Assembly (NCBI GenBank): GCA_031414955.1
Contig: JANOQV010000252.1
Coordinates: forward strand, 1 to 27,872
Direction: 5' to 3'
DNA length: 27,872 nt
Origin: Pedosphaera sp.
Lineage (GTDB): Bacteria > Verrucomicrobiota > Verrucomicrobiia > Limisphaerales > SIBH01
The translations under genes and the position numbers were made by a program. Positions 1 through 8,187 of the stretch are shown one piece after another (within the stretch, counting starts at the first letter, position 1; every line of letters begins with the position of its first letter). Below the pieces are notes generated by a model. The model worked only from the letters and a program-made list of their open reading frames with translations, did no database searches and was not told the origin of the DNA.

Positions 1-33
1 AAAACTCCGGGCGGTTTCTTTCTATTTGATTTT

Positions 34-3000
34 ATGAAGCGACCGCTGGAGCAACTGCGGAATTGGGGAGCCGTGCTGCTCCTCGGCTTCACAGCAGCGC
101 TGTCCACGGAGGCCGCGACCAGCACCGGCGTTTCACCGATCATCACGGTGGATTTGCGCTTCGTGGTGTCAGGGTCTATTACCGGCCAGGTCTTCGGAAG
201 CAGTGTGGCCTTGTCCAATGCCCAGGTGCGCGTGCTGGAGCTGCCCCACACCACGAACTCGGTCGTCGGTGGTGGGTTCAATTTGACCAACATTCCTGCG
301 GGGGCCGGTTATGTGGTGGCCGTGTCGGCGCCCGGTTTTGCCTCCACCAACCTCGTCAATGTGACGGTGACGGCCAGTCCGCGTAATTTGGGCGTGATCA
401 CCTTGCGCCCGCTGGGAGCCCACAAGGTCATTCCCCTGGTGCCCGATTTGAATCCGGCCCTCAGCAAGGTGGAGGAAGGCGGGGTGGCGTATCGCTATTA
501 TCGTGCGGTGTCGGCGGATGGGAAAACCCCGGCGGGCGGGGTGACGTTGCAGGCGCGATTGGCGGGCGGCGTGACTATTCCTCAAACCGGAGATATGGCA
601 GAAAACTGGCCGGGGCGTGAAGCGGGCGTGTCCGACGCGGATGGAATCGTGCGGATTCGGGTGCCGAGCAGCGCCGTGGGCAGCGCGGGAACCACCCGCA
701 AGGTGGAAGTGCTGGACGCGGGACAGGTGGCGCAGTCCTTCGATGTGAAGGTCATGGCTTTCAAGCACGAGAAAGTTTGGGGACACAGTTTGGACGCGAG
801 CGTGGCCGGCAAGCTGGGGGCGGTGCGACTGGAGCCGGGCGGAAAGCTGGAAACGGTGGTCAAAGATTATTGGACCGGCACGAGTGCCTACGATCAGACG
901 ATTGAACGGACGCGCTCCCTGACCGGCAAGGCCGGAGTTGAAGCGAGTGTGGGGAGTTTGAAAGTGGGAAGTGTGAAGGCGGGGGCGAGAGCGGGCGCGG
1001 GCGGTTCCATGGATTTGCAATGGTCAGGCAAGTGGAAGTTCGAACGGGACACATCCGATGGCGTGCTCAACATGGAGAAGGTGTACTTTGCCTTCGGTGA
1101 CATTATTTTTCTGGGGCCGCTGGGTTCGGAGTTTTACGGCAAGCTGTCCGACTTTTGGTATGGGGCGGGTTTGCAAGACGTCCTGCTGGTGGGGTCGGGC
1201 GGCGAGGTGCATCTGGGAGGTTATTTTGATGGAGAGGCCGGTTTTGGCCTGGGCAACATTGGGAATGTGAATGTGCGGGCGGGCGCGGAGTTGGATGGAA
1301 GGCTGGGCGGCTATCTCGGCTACGAACGCAGTTACAGCAGCAGGCAGATCCTGGATCACACCGTCCTGTTTGGATTTGAAGGCGAGGTCCAAGGAGGAAT
1401 TGGCGCGACTGCGGCCCTCACCAAGTTCAACGGCAATCGCCTGCGCGGGCTGGGGGGCGGTTTGCATCTGGGCGAGCGCAACCGGATGTCGGCCCGAGTG
1501 CGGACGGCTTGGAACACCGGGAGGGTGAAAGCGGCGGCGATGGAGTTGGAGAACGAGTTCAGCAGCGGAGGCGGCATTGCTTTCCTGGGCTGGAAGGGCG
1601 TGGAGGCACCGATTGGCGGCGACGAGAAAGTCAAGTTGAGCGAGACCTACACGCTCCCCTTCAGCGAGGCCAGTTCGTTTGGCAAAGTCGCCGCGCTGGG
1701 AAAACTTTGGCAGGCGGTTCGGCCCGGCAGCGGGATGACGCCGCTAATCAATAATCGCGGTGTGGATGAGACGACCGCAGCCCTGGCGGGCGCGGCAGAA
1801 GAAGCGGGTGGGTGGACGACTTACGAGCGCTCGATTCATCGCAGCCATGAGGGGGAGTTCACCTTTCCCATCGGCGCGAACACACTGGCAGCGGCATTGG
1901 AATTGGATTTTACGGCGCAGGCGGAACGCGGCGCGACCATGGTGCTGGAGCGTGGAGTGGCTCCCGGAGGCAGGCTGTTTCCACTGGAGTATCAGCCCGA
2001 TCAAAGCCGGGGGCTGATACCGGCGGACAAGATTTTCGACAAGGAGCTGGTCTGGCTCTCGCGGGCGGATTTCCCGCTCACCTCAGGCTTCAGCCGGTTT
2101 GCCGAATACGTGTCCACCGCGAATCCGAACCTGACGATTGGCGACCGGGTTTCGCTGTTCTTCCATGATGTCGCGGGCGGGGCGGAAATTGTCGGGTCGG
2201 ACTTTGCCCGATTGTTCGGGGGCGGCTCTCCGTCACCGCGTCCTTCTGCGTGGGATTACCAGCCTGCACCCGACGAGACGAATTACGTTTATGGGGTCAG
2301 CAGTGTGCTCCAACTGACGGCCGGGACAAATGCATTTCCCGGCACGGCGACGCTGGTCATGCTTTACCGTGACGAGCAGATCACCGGGTTGAACGAGGCG
2401 GACTTGCGGATTTATCGCCTGCCCGAGGCCACAAACCAGTGGCAGTTGGTTGGGGGCATCGTGGACCTGGTTTCCAACTCGGTCACGACCGTGATCAGCA
2501 ACTTCGGAACGTATGCCATCGCTCCGCCGATGCCCTCGGGTGAGGTCAATCTACAGGCCACCAACTTCGATCTGATCGCCAACGGGACCAACGAGATGGT
2601 GCTCGTCGCCACGAATTTCCCGTTGAACACCGGGGGCATTGCGACCAACGCCTGGCTGTTCACGGTGGATGCCGCGGGAATCGAGTTGCTTGATGCGGAC
2701 GTGAGCACCAATTGGGCGGGCGTTCAGGTCGCCAGTTCCAACGGAGTGCTTCAGGTGCGTTTGCGGGCGCCGGTGGGCGGCACGTACGCAAGCGTGAGCG
2801 TGAGTTCGGTTACGGGCGATGCGCGCGGTCGGGTCGGGATCAACCTGATGGACGCGGTTGCGCCACTGGCCCCGGCCAGTGTCCTGGCGGCTGCGGGACA
2901 GAGCCGCGTCTGGGTGTCCTGGCAAACCAACAGCGAACCGGACCTCGCGGGCTATCGCGTCTATTACCGCGCCGGAATCGCCGGCCCGCCCTGGGACGGA

Positions 3001-4080
3001 ACGGCGGCGGTCGAAGGGGCGGAGTCACCCGTGAGCGTGACGGGGACGAACTGCCTGCTGCGCGGTCTGGACCTGGGAACGAATTACTTCGTCACCGTTG
3101 CGGCAGTGGATACGACGGGCAACGAGAGCGCGCTATTCCCCGCCCTCAACGTGACGACTTCACAGCAACCACCCAACCCGCCCACCGGTGTCGCGGCGCG
3201 TTTTGGAGAGGACGGCACGAACGTGCTGATGTGGACGCTTTCCGAGGACGACGGCTACAACGACCGGGATGTGGTGCGCTACGATGTCTGGCGTGTGGTG
3301 ATGCCCGGAACGAACTGGCTCAAGGTGGGAGAAGCACAGGCTGGCCTCGGGTTGTTCAGTGAAACGAACCTGACGATGGGGGCAACACAGTATGTGCGCT
3401 ATGCCGTTTCAGCAGTTGATCAACTGGGCGCCACGTCGGCGTTGCTTCTGGCAAATCGGTTTGTCACAGGCACGTCCAGCGCGGACAACGACGGTGACGG
3501 CATGGCGGATGATTGGGAATCGGCGCACGGGTTGAATCCGCAAAACCCGACCGACGGACTGGCCGACCCTGATCACGATGGCTTGTCCAACTTGGAGGAG
3601 TTCTTGCGCGGGAGTGATCCGGCGGTGTTCGACAACGTGCGCATCCTGTCCGTGCGGCTGCTGAGTGGCGGCGGCGTGGAATTGTCCGTGTTCGGCGAGG
3701 CGGGGAAGAGTTACGCGCTGGAGGCTTCGACGAATCTCGTGACGTGGAGTGTACTGCGGGCGTTCACCTGCACGAACGTGCCCACGGTGGTCGTGGATGG
3801 CACGGCGCAGGCGCAGGGCCGGAGGTTCTATCGTGTCGCGCCGTTGTCCGCGGCGGGGCTGGTGAAGATTGGTTTCAATTCGGCAGGCGGGTTCGCAACG
3901 AATGGCGTCGAGTTGCGGCTGGATGCGCCGGTGGGGTTGAACTACCGAATCGAGGTTTCAACCAATCTGCTCAACTGGGGCACGCTGGGGCTTCTGCCGG
4001 GGACGAACGCGCCGCTATATCTGCGGGACAACGCGGCGACGAATTCTGCGCAGCGGTTCTATCGGGCGGTGGTGGAGTAG
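34..4080 (+). CDS. Large secreted multidomain protein: carboxypeptidase-regulatory-like domain, uncharacterised Gly-rich beta region, 2x fibronectin type III, Ca-binding TSP3-like repeat, 2x C-terminal STNL..W...RFYR module
   Basis: 1348-aa ORF with a signal-peptide-like N-terminus (..[17 protein letters not shown]). GxFxLxNIPAGxxYxVxVSAPGF is carboxypeptidase-regulatory-like. FN3 patterns are [29 protein letters not shown] and [23 protein letters not shown]. The acidic repeat is [25 protein letters not shown]. Confidence 0.85.
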   Translation: MKRPLEQLRNWGAVLLLGFTAALSTEAATSTGVSPIITVDLRFVVSGSITGQVFGSSVALSNAQVRVLELPHTTNSVVGGGFNLTNIPAGAGYVVAVSAPGFASTNLVNVTVTASPRNLGVITLRPLGAHKVIPLVPDLNPALSKVEEGGVAYRYYRAVSADGKTPAGGVTLQARLAGGVTIPQTGDMAENWPGREAGVSDADGIVRIRVPSSAVGSAGTTRKVEVLDAGQVAQSFDVKVMAFKHEKVWGHSLDASVAGKLGAVRLEPGGKLETVVKDYWTGTSAYDQTIERTRSLTGKAGVEASVGSLKVGSVKAGARAGAGGSMDLQWSGKWKFERDTSDGVLNMEKVYFAFGDIIFLGPLGSEFYGKLSDFWYGAGLQDVLLVGSGGEVHLGGYFDGEAGFGLGNIGNVNVRAGAELDGRLGGYLGYERSYSSRQILDHTVLFGFEGEVQGGIGATAALTKFNGNRLRGLGGGLHLGERNRMSARVRTAWNTGRVKAAAMELENEFSSGGGIAFLGWKGVEAPIGGDEKVKLSETYTLPFSEASSFGKVAALGKLWQAVRPGSGMTPLINNRGVDETTAALAGAAEEAGGWTTYERSIHRSHEGEFTFPIGANTLAAALELDFTAQAERGATMVLERGVAPGGRLFPLEYQPDQSRGLIPADKIFDKELVWLSRADFPLTSGFSRFAEYVSTANPNLTIGDRVSLFFHDVAGGAEIVGSDFARLFGGGSPSPRPSAWDYQPAPDETNYVYGVSSVLQLTAGTNAFPGTATLVMLYRDEQITGLNEADLRIYRLPEATNQWQLVGGIVDLVSNSVTTVISNFGTYAIAPPMPSGEVNLQATNFDLIANGTNEMVLVATNFPLNTGGIATNAWLFTVDAAGIELLDADVSTNWAGVQVASSNGVLQVRLRAPVGGTYASVSVSSVTGDARGRVGINLMDAVAPLAPASVLAAAGQSRVWVSWQTNSEPDLAGYRVYYRAGIAGPPWDGTAAVEGAESPVSVTGTNCLLRGLDLGTNYFVTVAAVDTTGNESALFPALNVTTSQQPPNPPTGVAARFGEDGTNVLMWTLSEDDGYNDRDVVRYDVWRVVMPGTNWLKVGEAQAGLGLFSETNLTMGATQYVRYAVSAVDQLGATSALLLANRFVTGTSSADNDGDGMADDWESAHGLNPQNPTDGLADPDHDGLSNLEEFLRGSDPAVFDNVRILSVRLLSGGGVELSVFGEAGKSYALEASTNLVTWSVLRAFTCTNVPTVVVDGTAQAQGRRFYRVAPLSAAGLVKIGFNSAGGFATNGVELRLDAPVGLNYRIEVSTNLLNWGTLGLLPGTNAPLYLRDNAATNSAQRFYRAVVE

Positions 4081-4102
4081 AACGCAGAGTTGGCGGCGGC
4101 AG

Positions 4103-4132
4103 TTGCCAAGGCCGCGCCCGGCGGAATAATCT
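4103..4132 (+). promoter_or_regulatory. Possible sigma70 promoter for ureG (TTGCCA-N18-TAATCT), probably giving a leaderless transcript
   Basis: TTGCCA at 4103-4108 and TAATCT at 4127-4132, ending 7 nt before the ATG at 4140. No Shine-Dalgarno is visible. Confidence 0.3.
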
Positions 4133-4139
4133 CACCGCG

Positions 4140-4886
4140 ATGAAGCGCATCCTTCTTCACGGCGGACATTCTCACGACCACGGCGGTCATGGGCACACGC
4201 ACGAACAATTGGAGCATCCAGGGCACTTCCACGAGCGCGAGCAACCGCTGGCCCGGGACTTCAGCCGGCACGCCTTCACTGTGGGCGTGGGCGGTCCGGT
4301 GGGGAGCGGCAAGACGGCGTTGATGCTGCAGCTGTGCCTGCGTTTGCGCAAACGCTTCAGCCTCGCGGTCGTGACCAACGACATTTTCACCAAGGAAGAC
4401 GGTGAGTTTCTCGTGAAGCACGGCGCGCTGGAGGCGGAACGCATTCGCGCGGTCGAGACCGGCGGCTGCCCGCACGCGGCGATTCGCGAAGACATTTCGG
4501 CCAACCTGCTGGCGCTTGAGGAACTCCACCGCAAATTCAAGCCGGACCTGCTGCTCATCGAATCCGGCGGTGACAACCTGGCTGCCTGCTACAGCCGCGA
4601 ACTGGCGGACTATACCATCCAGGTCATTGACGTCTGTGGCGGAGACAAGATTCCCCGCAAGGGCGGACCTGGCATCACGCAATCGGACCTGCTGGTCATC
4701 AACAAGACCGATCTTGCCGCCGGGGTGGGTGCGGATCTGGAGATAATGGCCCGGGACTCAAAGAAGATGCGGGGCAGTGGCCCGTTCATCTTCGCGCAGG
4801 TGAAGCACGGCATGGGCGTGGATGAAATCATCGACCACATCATTCACGCCTGGCAGCACGCAACAGGCGTGGCGCATCATCATTGA
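4140..4886 (+). CDS. ureG: Urease accessory GTPase UreG with His-rich N-terminus (248 aa)
   Basis: P-loop [19 protein letters not shown], metal motif [45 protein letters not shown]. The start is reassigned to ATG 4140 because the ORF-track start at 3744 overlaps the upstream gene. Confidence 0.95.
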   Translation: MKRILLHGGHSHDHGGHGHTHEQLEHPGHFHEREQPLARDFSRHAFTVGVGGPVGSGKTALMLQLCLRLRKRFSLAVVTNDIFTKEDGEFLVKHGALEAERIRAVETGGCPHAAIREDISANLLALEELHRKFKPDLLLIESGGDNLAACYSRELADYTIQVIDVCGGDKIPRKGGPGITQSDLLVINKTDLAAGVGADLEIMARDSKKMRGSGPFIFAQVKHGMGVDEIIDHIIHAWQHATGVAHHH

Positions 4887-4904
4887 ACCGCACGCGAAAC
4901 GCGC

Positions 4905-6080
4905 TCACGCAGCCCGCGTTCGCTTGACGAAGTTTCCAATGCGCTCGGCGGCCAACTGGATTTGCTCCAGCGAAGTGGCGAAGCACGCCCGCACATAGCC
5001 TTCGCCGCTCGCACCGAACGCGCCGCCGGGCACGCACGCCACTTTCTCCTGCTCGAGCAGTTTCCAGGCGAAGTCCTTGGAGCTGAGCCCGGTGCTCTTG
5101 ATGCACGGGAAGGCGTAGAATGAGCCGCGTGGCAAATGACACGGCAGCCCCATGTCGTTGAAGGCCTTCACGATGTAATTGCGGCGCAGCTTGTACTGCT
5201 CGCGCATCTCCAGCATGTCCGGCCAGCCGTGCTCGATCGCCTCGATGGCCGCTTCCTGGCTGATGATGCTGGCGCAGAGCATCGAGTACTGGTGAATCTT
5301 CATCATGGCCTCGATGATCTCGACCGGGCCGCAGGCGTAGCCGATCCGAAATCCGGTCATCGCATACGCCTTCGAGAAACCGTGCAGGAAAATCGTCCGC
5401 TCCGCCATGCCGGGCAGCGATGCAATGCTGGTGTGTTCGCCCTCGAAGGTCAGCTCGGAATAAATCTCGTCCGTGAACACGAGCAGGTTATGGCGCTGCA
5501 CCAGGGCGGCAATTTTCAGCAACTCCTCGCGTGTCATCGTGCCGCCGGTTGGGTTGGTCGGGAAGTTCAGGACCAGCACCTTGCTCTTCGGCGTAATGAC
5601 CTTCTCAATCGCTTCCGCCGTGACCGCGAAACCATTCTCCGCCTGGCAGGAAACAGCGACCGGCACGCCATGCGCCATGGCGATGCTCGGCGAATAGCTC
5701 ACGTAGCACGGCTCATGGTAGATGATCTCATCGCCCGGATTCGTCACCGCGCGAAACGCAATGTCCATGGCCTCGCTCACCCCGACGGCGATGATGATTT
5801 GGTTTTTCGGGCTGTAGTTGATGCCAAACTTCTCCGCGATGTGCTTCGCGATGCCCTCCCGCAGCTTGAGCAGACCGAGGTTCGAGGTGTAGCCCGTCTT
5901 GCCGCGTTCCAGCGCGAAGATGGCAGCCTCGCGAATGTGCCAGGGCGTGACGAAGTCCGGCTCGCCTACACCGAGCGAGATGACATCCTTCATCCCTTGC
6001 ACGATGTCGAAGAAGTCCCGGATGCCCGAGCGCGGGATGTCGCGCACGTTGCCGGCAATAAATTTTTGCGGGTCGAACAT
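4905..6080 (-). CDS. PLP-dependent aminotransferase class I/II (AspC/YugH-like)
   Basis: ISLGVGEPDF, YTSNLGLLKLR, NFPTNPTG, DEIY, PLP-lysine motif GFSKAYAMTGFRIG, VPGGAFG..GEGYVR. Likely start MFDPQKF at 6080. Confidence 0.93.
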   Translation of the reverse strand: MFDPQKFIAGNVRDIPRSGIRDFFDIVQGMKDVISLGVGEPDFVTPWHIREAAIFALERGKTGYTSNLGLLKLREGIAKHIAEKFGINYSPKNQIIIAVGVSEAMDIAFRAVTNPGDEIIYHEPCYVSYSPSIAMAHGVPVAVSCQAENGFAVTAEAIEKVITPKSKVLVLNFPTNPTGGTMTREELLKIAALVQRHNLLVFTDEIYSELTFEGEHTSIASLPGMAERTIFLHGFSKAYAMTGFRIGYACGPVEIIEAMMKIHQYSMLCASIISQEAAIEAIEHGWPDMLEMREQYKLRRNYIVKAFNDMGLPCHLPRGSFYAFPCIKSTGLSSKDFAWKLLEQEKVACVPGGAFGASGEGYVRACFATSLEQIQLAAERIGNFVKRTRAA

Positions 6081-6163
6081 GGTCGTTCTCAAATTGAGGG
6101 CGGGAGTAGAAACAAGCGCAACCCAAACCGCAATGCGCAATCGTGGTGCGGAAGTGCGGGACG

Positions 6164-6796
6164 TTAATCCACCAGCCCATGTTTTAGGGCGTAGCGGGTC
6201 AACTCGGAGTTGTTGCCCAACTGCATTTTGTTCAGGATGCGCGAGCGGTAGGTGCTGATGGTCTTGATGCTGAGCGCGAGGTTTTTGCCGATCTCGGTCA
6301 GAGTTTTGCCGGCGGCCAGCATGGTCATGACCAGATACTCGCGGTTGGAGAGTTTCTTGTGCGGTGCCTCGATGGGAGGAGCCGCCATGTGCTGGGCCAG
6401 TTTTTCGGCCAGGGCCGGGCTGACGTATTTGCCCCCGGCCAGGATTCGGCGTGTGGCCTGGAGCAGGGTTTCACCCGAGGTATCCTTGTGCAGGAAGCCC
6501 GCCGCGCCAGATTTCAACACGCGCAGCGCAATTTCGTCCTCGGACAGCACGCTAACGACGAGCACTGGCATTTGAGGCCGGAGGGTCCGTAATTCGCCCA
6601 GCAGCACCAACCCGCTGCGCCCGGGCAGGGCGATGTCGGTGATGGCGATGTCCCACGAATGTTGCCTGACCAAGAGAAGCGCTTCATCCGCCGTCCGGGC
6701 TTCGCCGATGATCATCTTGCCGAGCCCGGCTTCCAGCAGGTGCTTGAGTCCGACCCGGACCAATTCGTGATGGTCAACAATCAGTACTTTCAGCAT
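6164..6796 (-). CDS. NarL/UvrY-family response regulator (REC + LuxR HTH)
   Basis: REC core (DIAITDIALPGRSGL, GAAGFLHK) plus LuxR HTH (LSNREYLVMTMLAAGKTLTEIGKNLALSIKTISTYRSRILNKM). Confidence 0.92.
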   Translation of the reverse strand: MLKVLIVDHHELVRVGLKHLLEAGLGKMIIGEARTADEALLLVRQHSWDIAITDIALPGRSGLVLLGELRTLRPQMPVLVVSVLSEDEIALRVLKSGAAGFLHKDTSGETLLQATRRILAGGKYVSPALAEKLAQHMAAPPIEAPHKKLSNREYLVMTMLAAGKTLTEIGKNLALSIKTISTYRSRILNKMQLGNNSELTRYALKHGLVD

Positions 6797-7254
6797 ACGG
6801 ATTCCACTGGTCGGGGTGCTGCGGCCAGGATGGCGCGAACGGCGGTGAGCAATCGCTCGGGGCGATAAGGCTTTTGCAGGAAATGCAACCCCGCACTTAT
6901 TAAGCCGTCTTGGTCGGTTCGATCAGCGCCGAAGTCGTTGGTGAATAGTACGGGCATTCCAGGACATTCGGCTCGTAATCGCGCCGCCAAATCTAGGCCG
7001 CTGATGCTTTCCGGTAGCTCCACGTCAGTCAGAAGCAAGTCGATGGACTCACGGCAAGTCGACCAAATGGTCAAAGCCTGTAGGCCGTTCTCGGCGGCGA
7101 GGACGGAAAAACCATTCAGATTGAGATATTTTGCAGTGAGTCGGCGGATCGGGCCGTCGTCATTCACGAGCAACACCGTTGCGATCGGCGGTGCGTCCTC
7201 CGCGGGTGATGTCCAGGCGGGGCGGATCGGAATGCTAAGATAGTCGGTCATCAT
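6790..7254 (-). CDS. Stand-alone receiver-domain protein resembling the terminal REC of hybrid histidine kinases
   Basis: TVLLVNDDGPIRRL..AENGLQAL..IDLLLTDVELPESISGLDLA..FLQKPY. Its stop overlaps the start of the downstream regulator by 7 nt. The start is uncertain: MMTDY at 7254 is preferred because 7368 would run through the operator at 7340-7357. Confidence 0.75.
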   Translation of the reverse strand: MMTDYLSIPIRPAWTSPAEDAPPIATVLLVNDDGPIRRLTAKYLNLNGFSVLAAENGLQALTIWSTCRESIDLLLTDVELPESISGLDLAARLRAECPGMPVLFTNDFGADRTDQDGLISAGLHFLQKPYRPERLLTAVRAILAAAPRPVESVC

Positions 7255-7339
7255 TCTCGTGGTTGGAACCATCGGCAAACGGTCCTGAAACCTTAGAACC
7301 GGGCCTGGATCAGCCTCGGCGGCTTCAAGGGAAGATTCA

Positions 7340-7357
7340 TCGTGAAAGTTTTCACAA
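7340..7357. promoter_or_regulatory. Rex-type operator palindrome (also fits the CRP-family TGTGA-N6-TCACA)
   Basis: TCGTGAA-AGTT-TTCACAA matches 13 of 14 specified positions of TTGTGAA-N4-TTCACAA. It is AT-rich in a GC-rich genome and lies in the divergent region upstream of the act operon. Confidence 0.6.
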
Positions 7358-7406
7358 AGTACTTGCACGCCCCAAACTGGTTGGACAACATTCCGCCGAC
7401 GTGAGC

Positions 7407-7430
7407 AAGGCCGCTGATTTTGGCGGCCTT
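7407..7430 (+). promoter_or_regulatory. Inverted repeat/hairpin upstream of actA
   Basis: AAGGCCGC-tgattttg-GCGGCCTT is a perfect 8-bp stem, extendable with G-U pairs, followed by only a weak T tract. Confidence 0.35.
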
Positions 7431-7536
7431 TCGATTTCCGAGAATTGATGGTTAAAACTGTTGCTGCCGGCTGATTTCTCGTCAGGTTGACTCCTCGTGG
7501 AGGGGTGGGACGAGTGGTTTTTCGGGGCTTTATTCC

Positions 7537-8187
7537 ATGTCAGACGTTTTTCCGAAGTGGACGAACAAGCTGCCCTTAAAACTGGCAGTGGGCGTTGCCT
7601 TGGTGGGCGCGGCCGTGACGGCGGGCGCGTGGTATTACCTTACGCCCAAGTATTCGCGCGTCGGATACCAGCCCACCCAGCCGGTTGCTTTTTCCCACGC
7701 CATTCACGCCGGCCAGATGGGCATGGATTGCCGCTATTGCCACAGTTCGGTCGAGAAATCGTGGTATGCCAACGTCCCAGCCGCGAACGTGTGCATGAAC
7801 TGCCACAATCAGGTGCTCAAGGATGACCCTCGGCTGGCACCCATTCGCGAAAGCTACACCACCGGCAAGCCGGTTCCGTGGGTGCAGATTCATCGCACGC
7901 CGGATTACGTCTATTTCAATCACTCCGTCCACGTCACGCGCGGCGTGAGCTGCGTCGAATGCCACGGCCGCATTGACCAGATGGAAGAGGTGGCGCAGGC
8001 CAAGCCGTTGCACATGGCCTTTTGTCTGGATTGCCATCGCGACCCTGGTTCCTTCGTCCGCCCTGCGGACAAGGTCACCGACCTCGCCTGGACCACCACG
8101 CCTGAACAGCAGAAGCTTTTCGGGGAAAAGGCTGTTCGCGACTGGAAAGTGCAGTCCCTCGAAAATTGCTCCGCCTGTCATCGATGA
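7537..8187 (+). CDS. actA: Alternative complex III subunit ActA, membrane-anchored pentaheme cytochrome c
   Basis: N-terminal TM helix and five CxxCH motifs (CRYCH, CMNCH, CVECH, CLDCH, CSACH). GYQPTQPVAFSHAIHAG and PDYVYFNHSVH are also present. Confidence 0.93.
   Translation: MSDVFPKWTNKLPLKLAVGVALVGAAVTAGAWYYLTPKYSRVGYQPTQPVAFSHAIHAGQMGMDCRYCHSSVEKSWYANVPAANVCMNCHNQVLKDDPRLAPIRESYTTGKPVPWVQIHRTPDYVYFNHSVHVTRGVSCVECHGRIDQMEEVAQAKPLHMAFCLDCHRDPGSFVRPADKVTDLAWTTTPEQQKLFGEKAVRDWKVQSLENCSACHR

Noticed and set aside
3744..4139. 132-codon N-terminal extension of UreG in the ORF track
   Set aside because: It overlaps the 3' end of the upstream gene in another frame and has no protein-like features. 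UreG similarity starts at ATG 4140.
7445..7485. FNR-like sites (TTGAT at 7445; CTGAT-N5-GTCAG at 7471-7485)
   Set aside because: The first is only a half site and the second has the wrong spacing for TTGAT-N4-ATCAA.
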